Of a stretch of DNA of 63,292 bases, positions 29,856-41,596 are shown piece after piece. The DNA lies in NCBI GenBank assembly GCA_045658205.1, contig JAZOUM010000036.1, positions 1 through 63,292 of the forward strand, read 5' to 3'. Under the pieces are notes generated by a model. It saw only the letters and a program-made list of their open reading frames with translations, was not told the DNA's origin and ran no database searches. Each line of letters opens with the position of its first letter. Position 1 is the stretch's first letter. Source of the stretch: Eubacteriales bacterium (GTDB taxonomy: Bacteria; Bacillota; Clostridia; Oscillospirales; CAG-272). The translations under genes were made by a program, and so were the position numbers.

Positions 29856-29928
29856 AAAAAATAGGCATTATCCTATGGGGCGTGTGACGTTTTCCCATAT
29901 TTAATGCCTGTTTTTTTATTTAAAACTT
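29856..29928 (+). repeat. 73-bp direct repeat, copy 2 (functional dnaJ terminator and 3-prime end)
   Basis: See copy 1. It overlaps the dnaJ stop codon and last codons (29920-29928). Confidence 0.9.
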
Positions 29929-31077
29929 GCCGAATATTTTTTTAAAGAAGCTTTCTCTCTCGGCACTACCGCCGTTTTCACCCTTCTTTCCGAAGGTTTC
30001 CTCAAAGCTCTTAAGTATCTTTTTCTGCTCGCTTGTAAGATTTTTCGGAGTCTCTACGTTAACGGTAACTATAACGCTTCCCTGACGTCTCGGATTATTG
30101 ATATCAACAATACCCTTGCCCTTAAGTGTGAAGGACTTGCCGGACTGAGTACCCTCGGGAATAGTTATCTTTTCCTGTCCGCCACCGAGCATAGGTATCT
30201 TTATTTCCGCGCCGAGCGCAGCCTCGGTAAACGAGATCGGAACCTCACAGTAGAGATCATTACCCTCTCTTGTAAAGAAATCATGATTCTTTACTCTCAC
30301 CTCGATGATAAGATCGCCGCTCGGACCACCGTTTCTACCCGCGGATCCCTGCCCACGAAGTACGATGTTCTGATAGTTATCCACACCTGCGGGTATATTT
30401 ACCTCAAGCTTTTTATTCACCTTTACGTAGCCCTTGCCGTTACAGTTCTGACAGGGTGTCTTGATTATCTTACCCGTGCCGCGACAAGTGGAGCAAGGTC
30501 TCTGAGTCTGAGTATAACCAAACATAGTCTGCTGCTGTACGGTAACGTGTCCGCGTCCCTTACACGTCTGACATGTCTCGGGCTTTGTGCCCTTTGCCGC
30601 GCCGGTAGCGCCGCAATCCTTACATTCCTCTACCCTTGCAAAGCTTATCTCTTTTCTGCAACCAAACGCAGCTTCTTCAAAGGATATGGTAACTCTCGTC
30701 GCTATATCCTCGCCTCGCTGTGGCGCATTTCTCGTAGACTGCGAGCTTCTGCCTCCTCCAAAGAATGAGGAGAAGAGATCTGAGAAATCAAAGCCGCCGT
30801 CAAAGCCGCCAAAGCCACCGAAGCCGCTTCCACCGCCTGCCGCAGGATCAAACGCCGCATGGCCGAACTGGTCGTACTTTTGTTTCTTGGATTCATCCGA
30901 AAGCACGTCGTACGCTTCGTTGACCTCCTTGAACTTTGCCTCAGCCTCCTTGTCACCGGGATTCATATCCGGGTGATATTTTTTAGCAAGTCCACGGTAT
31001 GCCTTTTTTATTTCGTCAGCGCTCGCGCTTTTTGCTACGCCGAGCACCTCGTAATAATCTCTTTTGTTTTCTGCCAT
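29920..31077 (-). CDS. dnaJ: molecular chaperone DnaJ
   Basis: J-domain (DYYEVLGV...KKYHPD), G/F-rich linker, and four CxxCxGxG zinc-finger repeats. The ATG at 31077 ([14 protein letters not shown]) is preferred over the track start. Confidence 0.95.
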   Translation of the reverse strand: MAENKRDYYEVLGVAKSASADEIKKAYRGLAKKYHPDMNPGDKEAEAKFKEVNEAYDVLSDESKKQKYDQFGHAAFDPAAGGGSGFGGFGGFDGGFDFSDLFSSFFGGGRSSQSTRNAPQRGEDIATRVTISFEEAAFGCRKEISFARVEECKDCGATGAAKGTKPETCQTCKGRGHVTVQQQTMFGYTQTQRPCSTCRGTGKIIKTPCQNCNGKGYVKVNKKLEVNIPAGVDNYQNIVLRGQGSAGRNGGPSGDLIIEVRVKNHDFFTREGNDLYCEVPISFTEAALGAEIKIPMLGGGQEKITIPEGTQSGKSFTLKGKGIVDINNPRRQGSVIVTVNVETPKNLTSEQKKILKSFEETFGKKGENGGSAERESFFKKIFGKF

Positions 31078-31126
31078 ATCTATACCTTTATAAGTATTAG
31101 TCTTAAGTATGCAATAACTCACATTC

Positions 31127-31156
31127 GGAGTAAGAGGTTTTTGCGCCCCTTACCCC
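31127..31156 (-). other. intercistronic stem-loop between dnaK and dnaJ
   Basis: GGAGTAAGAGG / CCCCTTACCCC form an 11-bp stem (with G-U pairs on the transcribed strand) and an 8-nt loop. No U-run follows, so it is probably not a full terminator. Confidence 0.35.
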
Positions 31157-31187
31157 GAAAATGTTAATTATTATTTACTTATCCGAA

Positions 31188-33056
<1,869 letters not shown>

Positions 33057-33095
33057 CTAATTAAAGTGTTTTTTGTTAACTTATATTTACAAATA

Positions 33096-33647
33096 TTAGT
33101 TAATAGTCTTAACCATAGCAAATCTTATTATTTTATTACCCTTTTTGTATCCCTTTTGGAACACGTCGGTTATTTCGTTTTCTCTATCCGAGTCATCCTC
33201 ATCGTGCATTACCGCGTTATGAAGATTAGGATCGAATTGATCGCCCGCTACGCCGTATACCTCGACACCGAGCTTTGCAAGAGTTGAGGAAACGGTAGAA
33301 GCTATCATCTTAAGTCCCTCTTTAACCTTCTCACCGTCGTCAAACACCGCCGCTCTCTCAAGGTTATCAATTATTGGGAGAAGCTCCGATACGGTGTCTG
33401 CCATAGCGCTCGAATAGGTCGCATCCCTCTCTTCTCTGGAACGGCGTCTGAAGTTGTCATACTCCGCCGCAAGTCTGAGGTATTTATCATCCTTTTCCTT
33501 TGCCTCAGCCTTAAGAGCCTCGATCTCCGCCTTAAGAGCGTCGATCTCTGCCTGCTTTGCACTTTTCTTTTTCTTTTCCGCGGTCTTTACTTCCTCTGCC
33601 GCAGACTCATTTATATCCTTGGTTTCTTCCATCATCTTGCCTTTCAT
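33096..33647 (-). CDS. grpE: nucleotide exchange factor GrpE
   Basis: Coiled-coil N-terminus, YLRLAAEYDNFRRR motif, and position between hrcA and dnaK. Confidence 0.9.
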   Translation of the reverse strand: MKGKMMEETKDINESAAEEVKTAEKKKKSAKQAEIDALKAEIEALKAEAKEKDDKYLRLAAEYDNFRRRSREERDATYSSAMADTVSELLPIIDNLERAAVFDDGEKVKEGLKMIASTVSSTLAKLGVEVYGVAGDQFDPNLHNAVMHDEDDSDRENEITDVFQKGYKKGNKIIRFAMVKTIN

Positions 33648-34691
33648 TTACTTATTTTCGTCACTCAGCATTCTGTCTATTCCGTTTGCGAGTCGGTTTA
33701 TCATATCGATTACCTTAGAGTAGTTCATTCTCTTAGGCCCGATAACACCTACCGCAAACTGACTGTTTCCGAGTGATATATTCTTAAAGATAAGCGTCGT
33801 ATCCTTCATTACGTCAGAGTCGTTTTCGGTTCCGATGTAAACGTGTATACCGTCATCCGCAGAATTGTTAGCTGAGATAACGTCCATGAGCTTATCCTTT
33901 TCCTCAAGCACTCCAAGTAGACTTCTCAGCTTTGTAACGTCGGAGTATTCGGGATATTGCAAAAGCTTGGTGATACCGTCAAGCTTTACGTCAGCGGAGT
34001 CAAGCTCGTGCATCGTCTCGTATATCGCCTTCATCGCGGGATGAACTATAGCCGCAGACGAGCTCATGAGAGCCTCGATCTTAACTATGATCGGCATAGA
34101 CATCTCATCCGCCGTGAGATTTACAAGATAGATATTGAGCGCCTCGGTAAGTCTGCGCACCGTCTCCTCAGTCACAGTGAAGGGAGCGTGTACCGTCTTG
34201 GACTTAACCACGTCGCCCTCAAATGACATAACGAGTATGAAGTCGCGAGGACCGAGATAAACCCCCTGGAAGCGATGTATTCTTGCCTTACCGGCGCTTG
34301 ACTTAAACGCTATACCGGTGTAATCGGTAAAGGAAGCGGCAAGTCGCGACGCCTCAGATAGAATCTTATCCATCTCCGTGAGCTTGTATCTGAGCTTTTC
34401 GTTTATCTCGTCTATCTCAAACTTAGTCTGGCTGTACTGTCCTATCAGAGCGTCTACGTAAAGTCGGTAGGCAAGCTCTGAGGGAACTCTGCCGGCAGAG
34501 GTGTGGGGCTGTACGAGGTAACCCATCTGCTCAAGCGATGCCATCTCGTTTCTGATAGTGGCAGGTGAGCAATTGAACGCGTCTGTCTCAGACAAATATT
34601 TGGAGCCTACAGGCTCACCGTTGTTGATATGAGCGTCGACTACTGCCTTAAGTATCTGTATCTGTCTTTGGCTCAAGCGAGGATCTGCCAT
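33648..34691 (-). CDS. hrcA: heat-inducible transcription repressor HrcA
   Basis: N-terminal winged-helix region (LSQRQIQILKAVVDAHINNGEPVGSKYL). First gene of the operon. The ATG at 34691 follows AGAGGTG. The track start at 34700 is a GTG. Confidence 0.9.
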   Translation of the reverse strand: MADPRLSQRQIQILKAVVDAHINNGEPVGSKYLSETDAFNCSPATIRNEMASLEQMGYLVQPHTSAGRVPSELAYRLYVDALIGQYSQTKFEIDEINEKLRYKLTEMDKILSEASRLAASFTDYTGIAFKSSAGKARIHRFQGVYLGPRDFILVMSFEGDVVKSKTVHAPFTVTEETVRRLTEALNIYLVNLTADEMSMPIIVKIEALMSSSAAIVHPAMKAIYETMHELDSADVKLDGITKLLQYPEYSDVTKLRSLLGVLEEKDKLMDVISANNSADDGIHVYIGTENDSDVMKDTTLIFKNISLGNSQFAVGVIGPKRMNYSKVIDMINRLANGIDRMLSDENK

Positions 34692-34716
34692 TCGTAACAC
34701 CTCTTTCTTTTGAATT

Positions 34717-34743
34717 TTAGCACTTGATATTGTTGAGTGCTAA
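34717..34743. promoter_or_regulatory. CIRCE operator (HrcA binding site)
   Basis: TTAGCACTT-N9-GAGTGCTAA matches the consensus TTAGCACTC-N9-GAGTGCTAA. It lies between the promoter and the hrcA start. Confidence 0.85.
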
Positions 34744-34756
34744 CGTTTGTACATAC

Positions 34757-34785
34757 ATAATATATTATTTTTGCCACCGTGTCAA
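34757..34785 (-). promoter_or_regulatory. sigma-A type promoter of the hrcA-grpE-dnaK-dnaJ operon
   Basis: On the minus strand: TTGACA (34780-34785), 17 nt spacer, TATTAT (34757-34762). CIRCE follows about 14 nt downstream. Confidence 0.55.
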
Positions 34786-34922
34786 TACTTTTGATGTGAA
34801 ATTATGTGAATATTTTGTTAACAATTATCTCTCTTAAGCATTAAGTGCTAATTTTTGTGAAAATTCATCATTCTTTTACTTTTTATATAAATTTCACAAG
34901 TATTTTAGTTATAAAATCCATA

Positions 34923-34951
34923 TTGACTTTACTACTTAAATATTATATAAT
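34923..34951 (+). promoter_or_regulatory. sigma-A type promoter for rny
   Basis: TTGACT (34923-34928), 17 nt spacer, TATAAT (34946-34951). Confidence 0.55.
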
Positions 34952-35053
34952 ATATTCGTATGATTATTTCCGTGTGGCAAGCCCACTCGGTGTAGTTATA
35001 AAGCTCTGCTTTTGCAGAGTATGTTATTTCAAAATAAAATAAGGAGGTACAAA

Positions 35054-36595
35054 GTGGAAATTTGGCTTGCTATTGTTCTCATTGCTGCCGCTGCCTTGGT
35101 CGGCGTAGCAATCGGATTTTTAATACGTAAGTCCATCGCCGAGAAGAAGATAGGCTCTGCGGAAGAGCAGGCACGTAAGCTTCTTGAGGATGCCATGAAG
35201 GGCGCTGAGAGCGCAAAGAAGGAATCCATCATCGCGGCGAAGGAAGAGATATTCCAGCTCAAAAAGGAAGCGGACTTTGATATCAAGGAACGCAGAAAAG
35301 AAGTAACCAGACAAGAGCGCCGTCTTGCCCAGAAGGAAGAAACCCTCGACGGTAAGATCGAAGCGCTTGAAAAGAAGGAGCAGTCGCTCCAGGACAAGCA
35401 CGCGGCGGCAGATAAGCTCCGCCAGGAAATTCAGACCACTCTCGACGGTCAGCTCGTTATGCTTGAAAAGATTGCGGGTATGACTTCAGAGGAGGCAAAG
35501 ACCGAGCTTGTTAAAAAGCTCGACAGTGAGCTCAGTCACGAGACTGCGCTCAAGATCGCAGAGTACGAGGAAAGATTCAAGGACGAGGCAGACGTACGCG
35601 CAAGAGACATTCTCTCTTTGGCAATTCAGCGTTGCGCTGCTGACCACGTCAGCGAGATCTCCATCTCCACCGTTCAGATCCCAGGAGACGAAATGAAGGG
35701 TAGAATCATCGGTAGAGAGGGTAGAAATATCAGAACCATCGAGACTCTCACAGGCGTCGATCTTATTATCGACGATACCCCCGACGTTATTACAGTATCC
35801 AGCTTTGATCCCGTTCGCCGTGAGATCGCGCGCATCGCTCTTGAAAAGCTTGTTAGCGACGGCCGTATCCATCCCGCAAGAATCGAGGAGATGGTTGAAA
35901 AGGCTCGCCGTGAGGTTGACAACGCTATCAAGCAGGCGGGTGAGAGAGCTGTATTTGAGACAGGTGTACACGGCTTACATCCTGAGCTTATCAAGCTCCT
36001 TGGCCGTATGAAGTACCGTACGTCCTACGGTCAGAACGCTCTTCGCCACTCCATCGAGGTTTCTATGCTCGCAGGAGTTATGGCAGACGAGATGGGCGTT
36101 GACGTTACTATGGCTCGCAGAGCGGGCTTGCTCCACGATATCGGCAAGGCTGTTACCGCAGAGGTTGAAGGCTCACACGTTCAGCTCGGCGTTGACATTG
36201 CTACTAAGTATAAGGAAAACAAGGATATTATCCACGCTATCGAGGCTCACCACAACGACATCGAGTCGGTTTCTGCTCTTGACTTCATCATCCAGGCGGC
36301 TGACGCTATCAGCGCGGCTCGTCCCGGCGCAAGACGTGAGGATGTTGAAAACTACATCAAGAGACTTCAGAAGCTTGAAGAGGTTGCAGGCGACTTTGAG
36401 GGTGTTGAAAAGACCTTCGCTATCCAGGCGGGCCGTGAGGTTAGAATCATGGTTAAGCCCGAGATGGTTGACGACGACAAGATGAAGATCCTTGCTCGTG
36501 AGATCGCTAAGAAGATCGAGGGAGAGCTTGACTATCCCGGTCAGATCAAGGTAAGCGTTATCAGAGAATCCAGAACTGTCGATTACGCAAAATAA
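35054..36595 (+). CDS. rny: ribonuclease Y
   Basis: N-terminal TM helix ([23 protein letters not shown]), coiled coil, KH domain ([12 protein letters not shown]) and HD domain (LLHDIGKA). The GTG at 35054 sits 6 nt after AAGGAGG. Confidence 0.9.
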   Translation: MEIWLAIVLIAAAALVGVAIGFLIRKSIAEKKIGSAEEQARKLLEDAMKGAESAKKESIIAAKEEIFQLKKEADFDIKERRKEVTRQERRLAQKEETLDGKIEALEKKEQSLQDKHAAADKLRQEIQTTLDGQLVMLEKIAGMTSEEAKTELVKKLDSELSHETALKIAEYEERFKDEADVRARDILSLAIQRCAADHVSEISISTVQIPGDEMKGRIIGREGRNIRTIETLTGVDLIIDDTPDVITVSSFDPVRREIARIALEKLVSDGRIHPARIEEMVEKARREVDNAIKQAGERAVFETGVHGLHPELIKLLGRMKYRTSYGQNALRHSIEVSMLAGVMADEMGVDVTMARRAGLLHDIGKAVTAEVEGSHVQLGVDIATKYKENKDIIHAIEAHHNDIESVSALDFIIQAADAISAARPGARREDVENYIKRLQKLEEVAGDFEGVEKTFAIQAGREVRIMVKPEMVDDDKMKILAREIAKKIEGELDYPGQIKVSVIRESRTVDYAK

Positions 36596-36619
36596 AACAA
36601 CTTTAAATATTTTTTAGCA

Positions 36620-36670
36620 AAAGAAGAGATTGGCGACTTGATAAAACAGGTATGCCGATCTCTTTTTATA
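36620..36670 (+). terminator. intrinsic terminator after rny
   Basis: AGAGATTGGC ... GCCGATCTCT hairpin followed by TTTTTAT. Confidence 0.6.
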
Positions 36671-36688
36671 TTTTGTTTTCTATTTCTC

Positions 36689-36717
36689 TTGAAAAAGAAT
36701 CTATAATAATATATAAT
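36689..36717 (+). promoter_or_regulatory. sigma-A type promoter for heparinase-like paralog 2
   Basis: TTGAAA (36689-36694), 17 nt spacer, TATAAT (36712-36717). Confidence 0.5.
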
Positions 36718-36751
36718 AAGAATATGAAGAAAAAACTACCACGGAGGCAGT

Positions 36752-38557
36752 ATGAAAAACAGAGTAATAAACGACGTATTATCACACACGGGTAAAGGCG
36801 TACACCCAAGACTTATTCTCACAAGTCAGGATTTTGAAAGAATACGCAACACATCGGACCCGGTATATGACGCGGCAAAGAAGGACGCCATAGCTATGGC
36901 TGATAAATTTATGGAGCTTCCTCCTCTTGAATATGATATTCCCGACGGTATAAGACTTCTCGCCGTTTCAAGAGGCGTTCTTGCGCGCTCTTTGAATTTA
37001 GCGACAGCATACAAGCTCACCCTCGACGTAAAGTACGCAAGAAGACTCTATGAGGAACTTGCAAATGCCGCCTCCTTCAAGGATTGGAACCCATACCATC
37101 ATCTCGACGTAGGCGAAATGGTATTCTCCTTTGCGCTCGGATACGACTGGATATACGAGACCTTAACCGAGGATGAGAGAAAACTTTTGCGTCGCGCTAT
37201 GATCGAAAAGGGACTTATGGCAACAATGGACGACTATCTCGATCGCGAGAGAAAGCGTAGCTACCGTTGGTATCAGGATCAGCCCGGTGACAACTGGAAG
37301 TTTGTTTGTAACGGTGGTGCTACAGCGGCGGCTCTCGCCATCTGCGACGAGGATGACGTGGACCGTGACTTCTTATCCGATATTTTAGGCTATGCCTACG
37401 AGAACACTTATCGCGCGGTAAGAGATATGTATCTACCGGACGGCTCTTATGCAGAGGGCTTCACATACTGGAATTATGCTACTGATTACCTCGCGTTTTA
37501 CGTTTCCTCACTTAAGAGCGCCGCAGGAACCGACTACGGACTTGCTGACTATCTGCCCGTAGAGACCTCCGCTTACTACGTAAAGCTTATATGCTCCAAC
37601 ACCTTCAACTCCTTCAACTTCGGTGACGCTTGGGAAACCTTTATGTGTCCTGAGATCATGTTCTTCATCGGAAAGAATTATAATAAGGCTGATATAACCA
37701 CTATGCGTAAGGAGGCCATCATCGACGATCCCTCAAGAGCCGAGGTGCGCGACCTATTCTGGTACGTTCCCACCGAATCGGTAGGACTCTCCGGTAGACC
37801 TATGGGCTTCGGATCGGTAGGAGGCGATAACGCTTCATTCCGCGCGGGCTTTGAGAAGGACGATTTCTACGCGGCGATACACTTCGGTGACAACGACGCA
37901 TACCACGGACACGCGGATATGGGCAACTTTATAGTGGAATGGAAAAAGCAGCGTTTCCTTTGCGATCTCGGTCAGGATAACTACAACGTAAAGGGCAACT
38001 ATAGATTCGCGTACAGATATCGTGCCGAGGGACATAACGCCATCGTTATTAACCCCGACGATACAATGGATCAAAAGCAGTCCGCCATCTGCCACGTAGA
38101 TCGCTTCTACGACGGTACGGAGGGTGACGCTTATGCTATCTCCGATATCTCAGAGGCTTACTTCGGCAAGAAGGTTCAGCGCGGTATGAAGATGACCGAG
38201 GATAAGAAGTGGGTAGTCGTTCGCGATGAGCTTTCCCTTGATCAAAATGACACCGGCTACTGGTTCGCGCATACCCGTGGCGAGATAACGCTTCTCGACG
38301 GAGGCAAGAGCGCGATAATTGAGCAAGGTGGAGAAAAGCTCTTACTAGTAGCTTTAGAGGGTGGCGTGTTCACCGTTATGGAGGCAAAGCACCTTCTCGA
38401 TAGTAACTACCAAGCAGAACAGTTTGATAATTCAGAATATAAGAAATTAGCTATTAAGTTCGGTAACGTGTCGGCAATTTCCGTGGCTATCGCTCCCATG
38501 GTAGACGGAAAGGCGCCCGATTCACTTCCCAACAACAAGCCCCTGTGCGAATGGTAA
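36752..38557 (+). CDS. heparinase II/III-like family protein, paralog 2 (cytoplasmic)
   Basis: DNWKFVCNGG, YLPDGSYAEGFTYWNYA and AYHGHADMGNFIVEW motifs parallel paralog 1. No signal peptide. Confidence 0.75.
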   Translation: MKNRVINDVLSHTGKGVHPRLILTSQDFERIRNTSDPVYDAAKKDAIAMADKFMELPPLEYDIPDGIRLLAVSRGVLARSLNLATAYKLTLDVKYARRLYEELANAASFKDWNPYHHLDVGEMVFSFALGYDWIYETLTEDERKLLRRAMIEKGLMATMDDYLDRERKRSYRWYQDQPGDNWKFVCNGGATAAALAICDEDDVDRDFLSDILGYAYENTYRAVRDMYLPDGSYAEGFTYWNYATDYLAFYVSSLKSAAGTDYGLADYLPVETSAYYVKLICSNTFNSFNFGDAWETFMCPEIMFFIGKNYNKADITTMRKEAIIDDPSRAEVRDLFWYVPTESVGLSGRPMGFGSVGGDNASFRAGFEKDDFYAAIHFGDNDAYHGHADMGNFIVEWKKQRFLCDLGQDNYNVKGNYRFAYRYRAEGHNAIVINPDDTMDQKQSAICHVDRFYDGTEGDAYAISDISEAYFGKKVQRGMKMTEDKKWVVVRDELSLDQNDTGYWFAHTRGEITLLDGGKSAIIEQGGEKLLLVALEGGVFTVMEAKHLLDSNYQAEQFDNSEYKKLAIKFGNVSAISVAIAPMVDGKAPDSLPNNKPLCEW

Positions 38558-38579
38558 GCAGGGATAGAAAGAGACTGTA

Positions 38580-39353
38580 ATGAGAATACTTTGTATAGGT
38601 GACGTAACAAGCCCACGAGGAGTTGAGCATCTCAGACTCAACCTGTGGAGCATAAGGAAAGAGAAAAGAATAGATTTTTGTATCGTTAATGCAGAAAACG
38701 CATCGGTCATAACCGGAGTGTCACCTGCCGATGCGGAAACGCTTTTCTCCTCCGGCGCAGACTGTCTGACAGGCGGCAACCACACCCTACGCAACAAGGC
38801 GACGTACACCTACCTCGATGACACGGAGGCTATACTCCGCCCTATCAACTTTGGCGATGCGGCGCCGGGTCACGGCTATGCTATACTCGATTGCAACGGA
38901 TACAAAATAATGGTTATCAACGCTATGGGAAACATCAATATTGAGCCTACGCTTGACAACCCCTACTCATACATTGACCGTGCGCTTGAAAGAGAAAAGG
39001 GCAGATATGATTTTGCCGTAATGGACGTGCATGCGGAGGCTACTGGAGAAAAGGGCGCTCTCGGATATGCGTACGACGGTAAGATAAGCGTGATATTCGG
39101 CACTCATACCCACGTACCTACCTGCGACGAAACAATATTGCCCGGTGGCACAGGCTTTATCAGTGACGTCGGTATGTGCGGAGAAAGCGGCGGTGTGCTT
39201 GGAATGGAGCCCTCGCTCGTTGTAAAGCAGTTGAGGAGCCGTATGCCTATAAGATTTGAGCCTGCCAAAGGCGCGCCTAAGGCAACAGGCGCAATCTTTG
39301 ACGTAAACACGTCAAGCGGCAAAGTCGTCTCTATAGAAAGAATAGCATTTTAA
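38580..39353 (+). CDS. ymdB: YmdB-type metallophosphoesterase (2',3'-cyclic-nucleotide phosphodiesterase family)
   Basis: MRILCIGDV...NAEN...GNH motifs resemble B. subtilis YmdB. Confidence 0.85.
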   Translation: MRILCIGDVTSPRGVEHLRLNLWSIRKEKRIDFCIVNAENASVITGVSPADAETLFSSGADCLTGGNHTLRNKATYTYLDDTEAILRPINFGDAAPGHGYAILDCNGYKIMVINAMGNINIEPTLDNPYSYIDRALEREKGRYDFAVMDVHAEATGEKGALGYAYDGKISVIFGTHTHVPTCDETILPGGTGFISDVGMCGESGGVLGMEPSLVVKQLRSRMPIRFEPAKGAPKATGAIFDVNTSSGKVVSIERIAF

Positions 39354-39404
39354 TGTAAATATAGCAACTTAGCTTTACATTTTAATGCATAAAAGGATAT
39401 ATTA

Positions 39405-41282
39405 ATGAAGGATTTTTCAACTCAAGTAATAGTAATAGGCGCAGGACACGCCGGTATTGAGGCGGCACTTGCATCAAGCCGTATGGGTGTTGATACCGTA
39501 CTGTTTACTACAAATCTTGATGCCGTAGGCAATCTCCCCTGCAACCCCTCAATAGGCGGTAGCGCAAAGGGACATCTCGTATTTGAGATAGATGCTCTCG
39601 GCGGAGAAATGGGATATGCCGCGGACAAGGCTACCATACAGTCAAGGACACTTAATCTCGGAAAGGGCGCCGCTGTCCATTCCAAGAGAGTTCAGGCGGA
39701 CCGTAACGCATACAAGGCTATAATGAAATCCACGATCGAAAAGCAGGAGAATCTGCGTCTTGTACAAAGTGAGATCGTTGATATTTTGACCTCAGAGAGA
39801 GAAAACGGCAGCCTTAAGGTCGAGGGTGCTGTAACACATCTTGGCGAGATATGGAGATGCGAGCGCATAGTAATAGCGGCGGGCACCTTCCTTGAAAGTC
39901 AGATCTTTGTCGGCGATAAGGTCTATTCCGCGGGTCCTGACGGCATGATGCCGGCTAAGGGGCTTTCGGATTCCTTAAGACGTCTTGGTATAAAGCTTCA
40001 GCGCTTTAAGACCGGCACGCCGGCGCGAGTGCATAGAAGATCTATAGATCTCTCGATCCTTGAGGAGCAATGCGGAGAGGATATGCCTACTCCATACTCT
40101 GCCCTTACCCCTGACGTTAATACAAACGAGGTAAACAAGGTATCCTGTCACGTTGTTTACACTAATAAAACCACACACGGTATCATACTTAGCAATCTCG
40201 ACAGATGCGCTATGTACTCCGGCAACATAGTAGGAACCGGACCGAGATACTGTCCGTCTATAGAGACCAAGCTCTTAAGATTTGCCGACAAGGAAAGACA
40301 TCAGCTCTTTGTAGAGCCATGTGGACTTGACACGGATGAGATGTATATTCAAGGCTTTTCTACCTCTATGCCCACCGATGTTCAGTATGATATGCTCAGA
40401 TCTCTACCCGGCTTTGAGAAGGCTGAGATAATGCGATATGCTTACGCCATAGAGTACGACTCTGCCGAGCCTACTCAAATGCTGCCAACCCTTGAGTTCA
40501 AGAAAATCGAGGGGTTGTACGGTGCAGGACAGTTTAACGGCACCTCAGGATATGAGGAGGCAGCAGCGCAGGGACTTGTAGCAGGTATCAACGCAGCCCT
40601 CGCTATTAAGGGCGAGGATCCTATGGTTCTTACGCGCGATTCGTCTTACATAGGTACTCTTATAGACGACCTTGTAACCAAGGGTACAAGTGAGCCGTAT
40701 AGAATGATGACGTCGCGTAGCGAATATAGATTACTTTTAAGACAGGACAACTCGGATCTCAGACTCACCGATATCGGTAGAAAAGTCGGACTTATAAGCG
40801 ACGATAGATACGATCGCTTCCTCGAAAAAAAGGCGCTCATTGAAGAGGAGATCAAAAGAGTAGAGAAAACAAACATTCCGCCAAGCTCCGACGTCAACGC
40901 CTTTTTAAAGGCGCAGGGCTCGACCGAAATAACGACCGGAATTAAGCTCGCAGAGCTACTTCGCCGTCCCGAGCTTACTTATGAAGCTCTCGCTGAAATA
41001 GATAAGGACCGTCCGTCTCTTCCCCGTTCGGTAGCCACCACGGTAGCTATACAGATAAAATACGAGGGATACATCAAAAGAGAACTTGCCGAGGTCGAAA
41101 GACAGCGAAAGCTTGAAGAAAAGATACTCCCAAAGGACATTTCCTACAAGGATATACTCGGCTTAAGACTTGAAGCAGCAGAAAAGCTTGATCAGATAAG
41201 ACCTATGAATATCGGTCAGGCTTCACGTATCAGCGGTGTTAACCCCGCCGATATCAGCGTACTGCTTATATACTTATCATAA
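39405..41282 (+). CDS. mnmG: tRNA uridine 5-carboxymethylaminomethyl modification enzyme MnmG (GidA)
   Basis: VIGAGHAGIEAA FAD-binding motif. 625 aa with a conserved C-terminal region. Confidence 0.95.
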   Translation: MKDFSTQVIVIGAGHAGIEAALASSRMGVDTVLFTTNLDAVGNLPCNPSIGGSAKGHLVFEIDALGGEMGYAADKATIQSRTLNLGKGAAVHSKRVQADRNAYKAIMKSTIEKQENLRLVQSEIVDILTSERENGSLKVEGAVTHLGEIWRCERIVIAAGTFLESQIFVGDKVYSAGPDGMMPAKGLSDSLRRLGIKLQRFKTGTPARVHRRSIDLSILEEQCGEDMPTPYSALTPDVNTNEVNKVSCHVVYTNKTTHGIILSNLDRCAMYSGNIVGTGPRYCPSIETKLLRFADKERHQLFVEPCGLDTDEMYIQGFSTSMPTDVQYDMLRSLPGFEKAEIMRYAYAIEYDSAEPTQMLPTLEFKKIEGLYGAGQFNGTSGYEEAAAQGLVAGINAALAIKGEDPMVLTRDSSYIGTLIDDLVTKGTSEPYRMMTSRSEYRLLLRQDNSDLRLTDIGRKVGLISDDRYDRFLEKKALIEEEIKRVEKTNIPPSSDVNAFLKAQGSTEITTGIKLAELLRRPELTYEALAEIDKDRPSLPRSVATTVAIQIKYEGYIKRELAEVERQRKLEEKILPKDISYKDILGLRLEAAEKLDQIRPMNIGQASRISGVNPADISVLLIYLS

Positions 41283-41295
41283 TTCTATAATTCAC

Positions 41296-41343
41296 AAACA
41301 GCGTTCTCTCGGCATATAATGCTTATGGGGGCGCTGTTTTTTC
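41296..41343 (+). terminator. probable terminator after mnmG
   Basis: AAACAGCG ... CGCTGTTTTTT with a long loop. Confidence 0.45.
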
Positions 41344-41596
41344 GCATCCCTTTCAATAAAAATGTTTAAGCAGGTAACAAATGAAGATAGTGATCTGGAA
41401 ATCTCCAAAGTACTTATCAAAGCTTTTAAGCAAAATGTTCGGTGTAAGCTCTAAGACGAACAAGGATTAAAACTCGTATCTTATTTAAAATAATACGCAA
41501 CACCTTGTAACGTACCGTTTCATTTCGTTTAAAAACATAGCAACAAAAAAGCTGCCTCTTTGTTTGAGACAGCTTTTTGTAAATAATAGTTATTAT

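Noticed and set aside
34834-34851. A second CIRCE-like sequence, TTAAGCATTAAGTGCTAA, in the hrcA-rny intergenic region.
   Set aside because: Only the right half-site (AAGTGCTAA) resembles CIRCE. No matching left half-site exists at N9 spacing.
41381-41470. A 29-aa ORF (MKIVIWKSPKYLSKLLSKMFGVSSKTNKD) after the mnmG terminator.
   Set aside because: The SD is weak (AGGT), there is no recognisable motif or hydrophobic segment, and there is no obvious promoter. It cannot be supported from sequence alone.
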